Part shown: piece by piece, positions 28,329 to 37,038 of the stretch
Position numbering within the stretch: the first letter of the stretch is position 1
How the letters are laid out: each line of letters begins with the position of its first letter
NCBI GenBank assembly: GCA_040901675.1
Contig: JBBDYJ010000006.1
Span: 137,538 to 201,537, forward strand
DNA: 64,000 bases
Direction: 5' to 3'
Origin: Pirellulales bacterium
Lineage (GTDB): Bacteria; Planctomycetota; Planctomycetia; Pirellulales; JAICIG01
Position numbers and translations under genes: made by a program
Notes under the pieces: model-generated
The model's database searches: none
What the model was told of the DNA's origin: nothing
What the model saw: the letters and a program-made list of their open reading frames with translations, nothing else

Positions 28329-29548
28329 GCCCGGCCAGCCTGCGTCGAAGCCGGCGGCGCGGCACGCGCGCCGCGCTCGTGGGTGAACGGCCCGCGCTGG
28401 AAGCGGTCCCAAGCTGGAGATCCCGCGCGGCGAGGAGCAAGCAGCGTTGGGCCGCGCCGGGGCGGTGTTTCGACCCCGAAACCGCCCGGGCACGTCGCTG
28501 GGACAGGCTATTCGTGTTGTTGGCGGCGGCGCATGGCCTGCTCGTGTTTGCAATACCGTCAGTTGCGATGATTGGATTGGGCCTGTGGTGGAACTCGAAC
28601 ACCATTTCGCACAACTTCGTCCATCGGCCGTTTTTCCGGCGGCGATGGGCCAACGGCGTGTTCTCGCTCTACTTGAGCGGCCTGCTGGGAATTCCGCAGA
28701 GCCTCTGGCGGGCACGGCACCTGGCACATCATGCCGGGCGGCGGTGCCGGCTGAAATCCACGCGACTCCTGCTGGCGGAGATTGCCGTGGTGTCTGCGAT
28801 TTGGACGGCGATGGCCTGGACTTCATCGACATTCTGGTGGACCGTCTACGCGCCCGGCTACCTGCTGGGGCTGACGTTGTCCGCGGTACACGGGCACTAT
28901 GAACATCGCGGCGGCACCACCAGCCATCACGGCAAGCTCTATAACTGGTTGTTCTTCAACGACGGATATCACGTCGAGCACCATGCCAGCCCGGGCCGTC
29001 ATTGGTCGCGGCTGCCGCAGCGGGTGGCGGCAGAGGGGCGCCGCAGCCGCTGGCCCGCCGTGCTGCGGTGGTTGGAGCTGTTTTCGCTGGACGGCCTGGA
29101 GCGCGCCGTGCTCGGTTGGGGACCGATCGAGCAATTCCTGGTGGCCCGGCACGAGCGGGCCATCGGGCGCCTGCTGGCCGGCGCCGGCCGGATCGAGCGG
29201 GTGGCCATCGTGGGTGGTGGATTGTTTCCGCGCAGCGTGCTGGCGGTACGGCGCGTGCTGCCCGATGCGCGGCTGGCCGTGATTGATGCCAGCCAGGAGA
29301 ACCTGGACATCGCCCGCCGGTATCTGACGGGGCCTGTGGAGTGGATCCATGCCTGGTACGATCGCCGACGGCATTCGGACTTCGACCTGGTGGTGATCCC
29401 GCTGGCGTTTGTGGGCGACCGGCAGGCCATCTACCGCGATCCGCCGGCGCCCGCGGTGCTGGTGCACGACTGGATCTGGCGGCGGCGAGGGCGCGGGACG
29501 ATTGTTTCGCTCTTGCTGCTCAAGCGGTTGAACCTGGTGCGCCCATGA
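28325..29548 (+). CDS. Membrane fatty-acid-desaturase-family domain fused to a class I SAM-binding-like domain
   Basis: His boxes HNFVH, HLAHH, HGHYEH and HVEHH; C-terminal RVAIVGGGLFPRS...VIDAS...FDLVVI; ATGA overlaps at both ends. Confidence 0.82.
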   Translation: MSPASLRRSRRRGTRAALVGERPALEAVPSWRSRAARSKQRWAAPGRCFDPETARARRWDRLFVLLAAAHGLLVFAIPSVAMIGLGLWWNSNTISHNFVHRPFFRRRWANGVFSLYLSGLLGIPQSLWRARHLAHHAGRRCRLKSTRLLLAEIAVVSAIWTAMAWTSSTFWWTVYAPGYLLGLTLSAVHGHYEHRGGTTSHHGKLYNWLFFNDGYHVEHHASPGRHWSRLPQRVAAEGRRSRWPAVLRWLELFSLDGLERAVLGWGPIEQFLVARHERAIGRLLAGAGRIERVAIVGGGLFPRSVLAVRRVLPDARLAVIDASQENLDIARRYLTGPVEWIHAWYDRRRHSDFDLVVIPLAFVGDRQAIYRDPPAPAVLVHDWIWRRRGRGTIVSLLLLKRLNLVRP

Positions 29549-31272
29549 GGTGGGCCAGCTTGCTGGCGGTGTTTGCGGCCGCCAAGCTGCTGCTGCTCTG
29601 GGACCGCCGCATCGAATGGTCCGCATGGACGCCGATCGCCTACTTCTGGCAGGATGCAGCGGTTGCCCTGCTGTTCGCCCTTCTCGACCGCTTCGCCCGG
29701 CGCGCGTGGCTGGGTTGGACGCTCTACGCGTTGGCGGCCGGCTACGCGGCCATCAACGTACCGATCGCCCGAGCCATCTCGTCGCCCCTGACGTGGCCCA
29801 TGCTGCGGGCCGTACACGGGACGCTGGCCGACTCGATCATTCACTACGCCACTTGGGGCAACCTGGCCGCCCTGCTGGCGATGGGGGCAGCGGCCGTTGG
29901 GTTTCCCATCGTCTTCTACCGCGCCGGCGCGGATCGATGGGCGGCAGCGCCGCTGGCACTCGTGCCGCTGGCCGCGCTGGGGCCGTTTGCCTCGGCGCGG
30001 GTCGAGACTCTGGGACTGGAGCGCAATCCGCTGGCCGCGCTGGCGCTGACGGCCATGCCGCGTGTGGCCGCCACCAGCGTGGTGCGCGACTGGCGGGCCA
30101 GCCCGCTGGAAACGATCGAGCGCGACGAGCTGTCGCACTACCGCGGAACGTGTTCCGGCCGCAACGTGATGCTGGTCGTCCTGGAATCGGCCGCGGCCTG
30201 CTATCTGCGGCCGTACGGAGCCGCCCAGGACCCGATGCCGAATTTAACGCGGCTGGCCGGCGAGGGATTGCTGGTCGAGAACGCCTACGTGGTTTATCCG
30301 GAGAGCATCAAGGGCCTGTTTGCCCTGCTGACTTCCACTTATCCGGCGTTTGATACGGCACCGGAAGAGTACGAGCGTGCCGGCGAATCTTCGTTGGCGA
30401 CTCAGCTTGCCGGTGAAGGCTACCGCACCGGGCTGTTTCACTCCGGCCGGTTCATGTACTTGGGGATGGAGGCGATCATCCGCGGGCGCGGATTCGAGAC
30501 GCTTGAAGACGCTGGTGACATAGGGGGGAACCAGGAATCGAGCTTTGGCGTGGACGAGCGGGCCACCGTCGAGCGGATGCTCGCCTGGATCGATGCGGAC
30601 CCGCAAGATCGGCCGTTTTTCATCACGTACCTGCCGATCGCCGGACATCATCCGTATGCCACTCCCGAGCCGGGGCCGTTCGGCGGCGGCGAAGAAATCG
30701 ACCAGTATCGCAACGCGCTAGACTACGCCGACCAGGCGCTGGGCGAGTTGCTGGCGGGTTTTGGCGAAAGAGGGCTGGAGCGGGAAACGTTGCTGGTCGT
30801 CCTGGGCGACCACGGTCAGGCGTTCGGCCAGCACGAGGGGAATCACGGCCACACGCTGTTTCTGTACGAGGAGAACGTCCACGTGCCGTTGGTGATCTGG
30901 GCGCCCGGCGCGCTGGCGGGGCCGGCCAGGATGAGCGGCGTGGCCAGCGGGGTCGATATCGCGCCAACGGTCCTGGACCTGTTGGGACTGGGGGCGCCGG
31001 CGGGGTACCAGGGGCGATCGCTGCTGCAGGGCTCGCCCGGCATGGCCTTGTTCTTTACCGATTACTCATTGGGGTTCGTGGGGCTGCGGGACGGCCGCTG
31101 GAAATTCATCCATCAACTCGACGACGGCCGCTCCAAGCTGTTCGACGTCGCCAGCGACCCGGCCGAGCGGGTGAACCTGGCCGGGCGCCATCCCCAGCGC
31201 GCGGCCGCGTATCGCCGGCATCTGCTCGATTGGTTGGGCGCCCAGCGGGGATTGATTCAGCGGGGAGGTTAG
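29545..31272 (+). CDS. Membrane-anchored sulfatase/alkaline-phosphatase-superfamily protein (LtaS/phosphoglycerol-transferase-like)
   Basis: About 5 N-terminal TMs; NVMLVVLES, YPESIKG, GHHPY, LGDHG, VHVPLVI and VDIAPTVLDLLG motifs; no CxPxR. Confidence 0.85.
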   Translation: MRWASLLAVFAAAKLLLLWDRRIEWSAWTPIAYFWQDAAVALLFALLDRFARRAWLGWTLYALAAGYAAINVPIARAISSPLTWPMLRAVHGTLADSIIHYATWGNLAALLAMGAAAVGFPIVFYRAGADRWAAAPLALVPLAALGPFASARVETLGLERNPLAALALTAMPRVAATSVVRDWRASPLETIERDELSHYRGTCSGRNVMLVVLESAAACYLRPYGAAQDPMPNLTRLAGEGLLVENAYVVYPESIKGLFALLTSTYPAFDTAPEEYERAGESSLATQLAGEGYRTGLFHSGRFMYLGMEAIIRGRGFETLEDAGDIGGNQESSFGVDERATVERMLAWIDADPQDRPFFITYLPIAGHHPYATPEPGPFGGGEEIDQYRNALDYADQALGELLAGFGERGLERETLLVVLGDHGQAFGQHEGNHGHTLFLYEENVHVPLVIWAPGALAGPARMSGVASGVDIAPTVLDLLGLGAPAGYQGRSLLQGSPGMALFFTDYSLGFVGLRDGRWKFIHQLDDGRSKLFDVASDPAERVNLAGRHPQRAAAYRRHLLDWLGAQRGLIQRGG

Positions 31273-31277
31273 AAACG

Positions 31278-31505
31278 TCAGGCCCAGTCGCGGCCGGTCT
31301 CGCGCTTGATGCGCTCGGCGAAGTCGCCCAACAAGCCGCCGATGATGTCCCAGCGGTCCTGGCGGCGCAGCTCGATGTCGCCCTGCGGGTTGATCCGCAC
31401 CAGGCTGTCGTCGGTCACTCCCAGCTCGCGGAGCTGCTCGGGGTCGACTTCGTCCGACTGAACCACGCTCAACAGGGACTTGCCCGACATTTCGATGAAT
31501 TGCAT
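31278..31505 (-). CDS. Small conserved-looking hypothetical protein (75 aa)
   Basis: MQFIEMSGKSLLSVV...RINPQGDIELRRQDRWDIIGGLLGDF has natural composition; the rest of the track ORF is antisense to the next gene. Confidence 0.7.
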   Translation of the reverse strand: MQFIEMSGKSLLSVVQSDEVDPEQLRELGVTDDSLVRINPQGDIELRRQDRWDIIGGLLGDFAERIKRETGRDWA

Positions 31506-31637
31506 GGCGTTGTTCTCAGTTCCGCTCGACGACCAAGCACTCCGTGCCGAAGGCTCGCGATGATAACCTGCCCATGATAGATTGGGCCATGGCCGGTGAG
31601 AAGCGGTGACGAGCACGTTAAGGGAGGCCGGACGAAA

Positions 31638-32480
31638 GTGCAAGGTGCAGGCGGCAATGGTCGGCTGCGGCTGCTGGTGCTGGCCGCCCATCCGGACGAC
31701 GCGGAGTTCCATGCCGGCGGGCTGGCCGCGATCTACCGCGAGGCGGGCCATGCCGTCCGTTTTGTCTCTTTGACCAACGGCGACGCCGGACACCACCAGT
31801 TGTCGGGGACCGAACTGGCCCGACGGCGCAAGGCCGAGGCCCAACAGGCGGCCGCGGTGATCGGCGCGGAAGCCGACGTGTGGGATCACCACGATGGGCG
31901 GCTGGAGCCGACGCTCGAGCTGCGCTGGCAGGTGGTGCGGGCGATTCGGAGCTTTGCTCCGGACCTCGTGCTGACGCACCGCACCAGCGATTACCACCCG
32001 GATCATCGGGCCGTCGGCCACGTGGTCCGCGACGCATCGTACCTGGTGACCGTGCCGGCGCTCGTGCCCGACGTGCCCTGCCTGCGGCGCGATCCGGTGG
32101 TGGCTTACCTGAACGACCGCTTTACCAGGCCGGCGCCCCTGGCCGGCGACGTGGTGATCGACGTGGGACGGCAGGTGGAAAAAATCGTCGATATGCTGGC
32201 CTGCCACGTCTCGCAGGTTTTCGAGTGGCTGCCCTACAACGTCCAAGCGGGCCAAGTGCCCAGCGAGGCCGGCGCCCGGCGCGGCTGGCTGCGCAACTGG
32301 TATCTCCACCTGTTGCGGCCGACAGCCGAGCGATACCGTCGAGAGTTGATCGCGGCCTACGGCGAGCCGCAGGCCGGAGCGATCGAATATGCCGAGGCGT
32401 ACGAGATCAGCGAGTATGCTTCCCCGCTCGACATGGAGGCCCGCCGCAGGTTGTTTTGGTTCTTGCCCGAGTCGACTTAG
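31638..32480 (+). CDS. PIG-L/LmbE family Zn-dependent deacetylase
   Basis: AHPDDAE, LTNGDAG, RRKAEA and YHPDH motifs; GGAGG upstream of GTG 31638 (ORF is open to 31596). Confidence 0.92.
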   Translation: MQGAGGNGRLRLLVLAAHPDDAEFHAGGLAAIYREAGHAVRFVSLTNGDAGHHQLSGTELARRRKAEAQQAAAVIGAEADVWDHHDGRLEPTLELRWQVVRAIRSFAPDLVLTHRTSDYHPDHRAVGHVVRDASYLVTVPALVPDVPCLRRDPVVAYLNDRFTRPAPLAGDVVIDVGRQVEKIVDMLACHVSQVFEWLPYNVQAGQVPSEAGARRGWLRNWYLHLLRPTAERYRRELIAAYGEPQAGAIEYAEAYEISEYASPLDMEARRRLFWFLPEST

Positions 32481-32501
32481 CAGTCTTGAGGGGGAGGCGG
32501 C

Positions 32502-33668
32502 ATGATGGGCGGAAGCCAGGAGCGGCTCGAGGCCGGCGCGGAAGACTGGCAGAGCTTGCGAGACCAGATGCCGTTGGCCGACACGTGGGCCTGTTTCGAC
32601 CATGCCGCCGTAGCGCCGATCTCAGGGCCGGCGCGCGACGTGATGGCGGCCTGGGCCAACGACCTGGCCGAGAACGGGGCCGCCAACTCGGCGGCGTGGG
32701 GCCGCAGGCTGGAAGAAACCCGCCGTCGCGGGGCATCGCTGCTGGGGGCCGATCCGGCCGAGATTGCACTGATCCGCAACACGACCGAGGGAATCAACCT
32801 GGTGGCGGAGGGGTTTCCATGGCGGCAGGGGGACAACGTAGTGACGCTGGCCGACGAGTTTCCCTCGAACCAGTATCCGTGGATGCACCTCGAAGGGCGC
32901 GGCGTCGAGACGCGGCGGGTGGCGGTCGATGGCGGGCGGGTGAGCCTCGACGACGTGCGGGCGGCTTGCGACCAGCGCACGCGGGTCGTGTCGATCAGTT
33001 GGGTCGGTTATGCGAGCGGTTGGCGCAACGACCTGGACGCGCTGCTGGAGATTGCCCATGGAGCCGGCGCGTATTTGTTTCTGGACGCCATCCAGGGGCT
33101 CGGCGTTTTCGAGCTGGACGTGCGGCGGACCGCGATCGACTTTCTGGCCGCCGACGGGCACAAGTGGCTGCTGGGGCCCGAAGGCGCGGGCCTCTTTTAC
33201 CTGCGCCGCGAACACCTTGAGCTGTTGCGGCCCATCGGGCTGGGGTGGAACAGCGTCGTCGAGGCCCACGACTTCAGCCACATTGAGCTGGCGGTCAAGC
33301 CGTCGGCCGGGCGCTACGAGGGGGGCACGTATAACGTGGCGGGATTGGCGGCGCTCGGCGCCAGCCTGGAGCTGCTGGGCCGCTATCCGCAGCCCGCGAT
33401 TGCCAGCCGAGTGCTGGAGGTCACCGATCTGGTGTGCGAGCGGTTATCGCGGATGGGGGCCAACGTGCTGAGCTGCCGCGAGCGGGAGCATGCCAGCGGG
33501 ATTGTGGCCTTCGATTTGCCGGGCCGCGATCCGATCGAGGTCCGCAAGCGGTGCCGGGAGCAGAAGGTGTTGCTGAGCAGCCGCGCAGGCAAGTTGCGCG
33601 TCAGCCCGCACGCCTATACGAACAACGACGACATCGAACGGTTGATCGGCGTGCTCGAATCGGAGTAA
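32502..33668 (+). CDS. PLP-dependent aminotransferase class V-fold enzyme
   Basis: FDHAA, NTTEG, LDAIQ, DGHKWLLGPEG, RYEGGT and LRVSPH motifs. Confidence 0.92.
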   Translation: MMGGSQERLEAGAEDWQSLRDQMPLADTWACFDHAAVAPISGPARDVMAAWANDLAENGAANSAAWGRRLEETRRRGASLLGADPAEIALIRNTTEGINLVAEGFPWRQGDNVVTLADEFPSNQYPWMHLEGRGVETRRVAVDGGRVSLDDVRAACDQRTRVVSISWVGYASGWRNDLDALLEIAHGAGAYLFLDAIQGLGVFELDVRRTAIDFLAADGHKWLLGPEGAGLFYLRREHLELLRPIGLGWNSVVEAHDFSHIELAVKPSAGRYEGGTYNVAGLAALGASLELLGRYPQPAIASRVLEVTDLVCERLSRMGANVLSCREREHASGIVAFDLPGRDPIEVRKRCREQKVLLSSRAGKLRVSPHAYTNNDDIERLIGVLESE

Positions 33669-33680
33669 GGGGGGGCTGCG

Positions 33681-33773
33681 AAACGGAATGAAATTGCGTT
33701 CTACGATGCTAAACGGATGAAACGGAATAAAATTCCGTTCTACGGTACGAAACGGAATAAATTCCGTTCTACG
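33681..33773 (-). repeat. Three tandem GTAG-type REP palindromes (GTAGAACGGAATT(T)ATTCCGTT)
   Basis: Copies at 33681-33705, 33720-33744 and 33750-33773. Confidence 0.88.
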
Positions 33774-34441
33774 ACGAGGGCGTATTGCGTGGGGTCGGGC
33801 AGCTCGGCAACCTGGAAGGCGGCCCGGCGCTCAGCGCACTTGTTGCAGGCCCCGCAGTGCAGGCCCCGGCAAGGATTGAGACAGGAAAAGGTGAGCTCCA
33901 GAGGGCGGCCGCGTCCCAACTCCATCACCTGCCGTTTGGTCAAGGTTGAAAACGGGCGGACGATACGCACATGGCCCAAGGTGGCCTGGTTCAGGGCCGA
34001 CTCGAATTGTTCGAAGAAGTCGGCCGTGGCGTCGGCAAACGGGTTGCCCGACAAAGGGGCCAGGGCGAGCTGGCTGATGCCGTTGAGCTGGCACCAAAGG
34101 GCCGCCTTGATGACCAACAGGGGGTTGCGGCCCGGCAGGTAAACCGCGTCGTCGGGCGAAGCCGCGTCGGGCACGTGGCGGCCGCTCACGCTCCAGTGGT
34201 CGGGACCGTAAACGTCGGCCAGCGGCAGTTCGAGAACGGCCAGCGGGGCCAACTGCCGCGAGCGGAGGGCCCGCAGAAAACGCCGCAGCGCCATCAACTC
34301 GCACTGCTGCCAGACCAGGCCGGAACGGATGTAGAAGGGTTGCACCCGCCGGCCGCCGGCCAAGAAGTGTGCCAGCAGGATCGAGCTGTCGAGGCCGCCA
34401 CTGGCGAGCAGGCCGATCGGCGGGTCGGTTCGGGTTGGCAT
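33740..34441 (-). CDS. queC: 7-cyano-7-deazaguanine synthase (QueC family)
   Basis: SGGLDS PP-loop, YLPGRN, TFSC and HCGACNKCAERR Zn motif. Confidence 0.85.
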   Translation of the reverse strand: MPTRTDPPIGLLASGGLDSSILLAHFLAGGRRVQPFYIRSGLVWQQCELMALRRFLRALRSRQLAPLAVLELPLADVYGPDHWSVSGRHVPDAASPDDAVYLPGRNPLLVIKAALWCQLNGISQLALAPLSGNPFADATADFFEQFESALNQATLGHVRIVRPFSTLTKRQVMELGRGRPLELTFSCLNPCRGLHCGACNKCAERRAAFQVAELPDPTQYALVVERNLFRFVP

Positions 34442-34532
34442 AAAGGCCCAGCAGAGGGTCAAAAGCGCGTGGGGCCATTGTACTGCCCCGTTGAAGGGGA
34501 TTTTATTGCGTTTCCCGGTTTTCGCTAAGGAT

Positions 34533-34575
34533 AACGGAATGAATTCCGTCGGTCAGCTAACGGAATGATTCCGCT
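34533..34575. repeat. Two degenerate copies of the AACGGAATnAATTCCGTT REP
   Basis: AACGGAATGAATTCCGTC and AACGGAATGATTCCGCT. Confidence 0.75.
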
Positions 34576-34722
34576 TGGACATCCGGCCTTGCTGGGGGGG
34601 CGGGGGATAAGCTAAACTCCCGCCGCTTCGACCTTTCCCTAAGCGCCAACACGGCAAAACCGGCCCCGCTCGAACCGGGGGCATTTTGGCCTGCGCCCGG
34701 GTCCGGATTCGGGGCATTTTCC

Positions 34723-34750
34723 TTGAAATGGAATTGGCGGCTCTTAGAAT
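34723..34750 (+). promoter_or_regulatory. Candidate sigma70 promoter
   Basis: TTGAAA-N16-TAGAAT upstream of the ORF at 34799. Confidence 0.45.
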
Positions 34751-34798
34751 GTGGTTAAGGGCTCCAATTCCCTTAGTCCCAAGCTGTTGGGGTGAGCT

Positions 34799-35143
34799 AT
34801 GAAGGCCGCGGTGATTGGAGCGTTGATTGGAGCAGGTCTGACAGCGGTGGCTTTTGGCGAACCGGTTGGTGCGCCACGAGCCGCGGCGCAACAAGCATCA
34901 CCGTATGAGGTTGGCGCGAGCCACGACTTGATCGCCTTGTCGGCCCCGGGCGCGGACAACCATCTGCTGCTCACGATTGTGGACGCCAAGGCGAAGGTGG
35001 TAAGCGTGTACCAGGTCGACAGGGCCAACGGCGAGATTGCCTTGAAGAGCGTCCGCGACATCAACTGGGACCTGCGGATGATGGAGTTTAACGGGGTCAG
35101 ACCCCTACCGCACGAAATACGCTCGCTCGTCGAACAACGTTAA
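34799..35143 (+). CDS. Small exported hypothetical protein
   Basis: Hydrophobic N-terminus; beta-rich core ending LKSVRDINWDLRMMEFN. Confidence 0.75.
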   Translation: MKAAVIGALIGAGLTAVAFGEPVGAPRAAAQQASPYEVGASHDLIALSAPGADNHLLLTIVDAKAKVVSVYQVDRANGEIALKSVRDINWDLRMMEFNGVRPLPHEIRSLVEQR

Positions 35144-35241
35144 CCGTCGCGTTCGGTGCGGCCATGGCACGCCCGGCGGACGGCACCATGTCGCGGTTGG
35201 CCCAAGACCCATAGCCACCCGACACAGCCCCGGAGACCCGC

Positions 35242-36471
35242 ATGGCCCGCAAACTAGTCCCGCTGGAAGAAGCCGCCCAACAACTGGGCGTATCGCCTGA
35301 TGAACTGAACGAGATGCGGCAGCGCCAGGAGATTTACGGCTACCGCGACGGCTCGAGCTGGAAGTTCAAGCCCGAGGACGTGGAAAAGCTGGCCGAAGAA
35401 CGCTCGATCCGCGCGGCGGGCGACTCCGGCTCGGTCAACCTGGCAACGCGCGGCGAGGAGGCCGGTGACGACGACGGCGACGATATGGTCCTGTTGAGCG
35501 AGGTGGAACTGGGCGAATCGGGGCCGAGCACTTCGAGCACCGTGATCGGCAAGCCCGGCCAGGGACAAGCGGCCGCCGACAGCGACATCAAGCTGGCCAC
35601 CAGCCCCAGCGCGCAGCCTGGTCAGGACAGCGACGTGCTGCCGATCGACCTGTCGGGGAACGTGCCGCTCGATTTGGGAAGCGAGATGGACTTGTCCAGC
35701 GGTTCGGGCAGTTCCGGCTCCGGCAGTGGATCGAGCGCGTCGCTGGAGTCGGACGAAGTGTTCGCCAGCCAGGCGTCGGATGAAGAATCGACGGTCCAGT
35801 TGGGAGGCAGCGCGGACGAGGAGGTGCTGGGCGGCTCGGGCGCGGGCAGCGACATCACCATCAGCCCGGGCGACAGCGGCATTTCGCTGGTCGATCCGGC
35901 CGACAGCGGCCTGTCGCTGGAAGAACCGCTGGAGCTGAGCACCTCGGACGAGTCGTCGTTCGAGCTGAGCACCGGCAGCAGCAGCGGCGGCAGCAGCGGT
36001 GCCGTCGGCGAGAGCTCGGATTTCGATTCCGACGCGGTGATGGAGCTCAAGGGCGAGGACGACTTCCTGCTGACGCCGCTGGAAGAGGCCGGGGATGAGG
36101 AGTCGCAGGACAGCGGCTCGCAAGTGATCGCGCTGGACTCGGAGGCGGAGTTTTCCGACGTCAGCCCGACGGTGGTGGCCGGCGCAGCGCCCGGGATGCT
36201 CGAGGCGGAGGACCTGGGCCCGCAGATCGACCCGTTAACCGCCGCGGCGCTGGGAGCGGCCGGTCCGGCCTTGGCGCCGGGCACCACGGTGTTTGTGACG
36301 CCCAGCGCCCAGGCGCAATACTCGGTGGGCTGGGTGATCGGCCTGACCTGCTGCGTGCTCGTGTTGTCGCTCACGGGGATGATGATGTTCGACCTGGTGC
36401 GGAACGTCTGGAGCTGGGACAGCGCTTACCCTGGCAATAGTTTAATCATGGACACGCTGCTGGGCTCGTAA
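35242..36471 (+). CDS. HTH (excisionase/MerR-like) - acidic disordered linker - C-terminal TM protein
   Basis: LEEAAQQLGVSPDELNEMRQRQEIYGYRDGSSWKFK; long D/E/S/G-rich linker; TM WVIGLTCCVLVLSLTGMMMF; GGAG RBS. Confidence 0.85.
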   Translation: MARKLVPLEEAAQQLGVSPDELNEMRQRQEIYGYRDGSSWKFKPEDVEKLAEERSIRAAGDSGSVNLATRGEEAGDDDGDDMVLLSEVELGESGPSTSSTVIGKPGQGQAAADSDIKLATSPSAQPGQDSDVLPIDLSGNVPLDLGSEMDLSSGSGSSGSGSGSSASLESDEVFASQASDEESTVQLGGSADEEVLGGSGAGSDITISPGDSGISLVDPADSGLSLEEPLELSTSDESSFELSTGSSSGGSSGAVGESSDFDSDAVMELKGEDDFLLTPLEEAGDEESQDSGSQVIALDSEAEFSDVSPTVVAGAAPGMLEAEDLGPQIDPLTAAALGAAGPALAPGTTVFVTPSAQAQYSVGWVIGLTCCVLVLSLTGMMMFDLVRNVWSWDSAYPGNSLIMDTLLGS

Positions 36472-36582
36472 AGGCCTGGCGCTGAAGCCGGCAGGCCCGG
36501 ACCGCGTTTCGGCGCGCCGGGAAGCCGACTATCGAGTTTGCCGTACCAATCGAGTGTCTGCTGGTTCGAAAGGAGTCGAATC

Positions 36583-36867
36583 ATGTCAGCCGGACGTTTT
36601 GCTCGCAGCGGCTGGGGTTTCGCTCGCAGCGGCTGGAGCGTACTGGCGGCCGCTTTGATGCTGGCCGGCTGCAGCGGCTGCCAGGTGGTGTCGCGCAACA
36701 AGTTGACGGCCTGCGAGACGCAGCACCATTCGTTGTCGGAACAGAACAAGGCCTTGCTGGCCGAGAACGAAAACCTGAAGGCGCATAGCCGGCAGGTGGA
36801 AGACCGGCTGATTCGGGCCGAGGAAGACCTGGCGGCGCTGGACGAACGGTCGGGGCTGGACCGATGA
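36583..36867 (+). CDS. Lipoprotein signal + coiled coil; possibly a truncated OmpA/MotB-type gene
   Basis: AAGGAG RBS; LAGC lipobox; heptad coiled coil; stop lies inside a half REP. Confidence 0.6.
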   Translation: MSAGRFARSGWGFARSGWSVLAAALMLAGCSGCQVVSRNKLTACETQHHSLSEQNKALLAENENLKAHSRQVEDRLIRAEEDLAALDERSGLDR

Positions 36868-37038
36868 ATTCCGTTCTACTGTACTTTTCGGGCGCCCGGG
36901 CACTATAATGAACCACGCGGGCCCCGCGGCCGACACGGTCGGTGGCGGAGCCCTCCCGCCTGCCAAACCACGTTTGTATCGCTTTCCCTCGTTTTTCCTT
37001 CGGTTATCTCCTTGCTCCTTCCGCCCGGGTGCCCGCTG

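Noticed and set aside
32502..33668. Cysteine desulfurase (sufS/iscS) call
   Set aside because: The catalytic Cys loop is not visible and there are no Fe-S cluster genes nearby.
33681..33773. CRISPR array
   Set aside because: Spacers are only about 5-14 bp and irregular, no cas genes are present, and the copies are dispersed GTAG palindromes.
33740..34441. QueC as part of a defence system (Qat, type IV CBASS, Dpd)
   Set aside because: No TatD, ATPase, cyclase or TGT neighbours; short canonical-size QueC.
36865..36867. Selenocysteine or readthrough at the TGA
   Set aside because: The downstream sequence is REP-derived and non-coding in appearance, with no SECIS-like context I can support.
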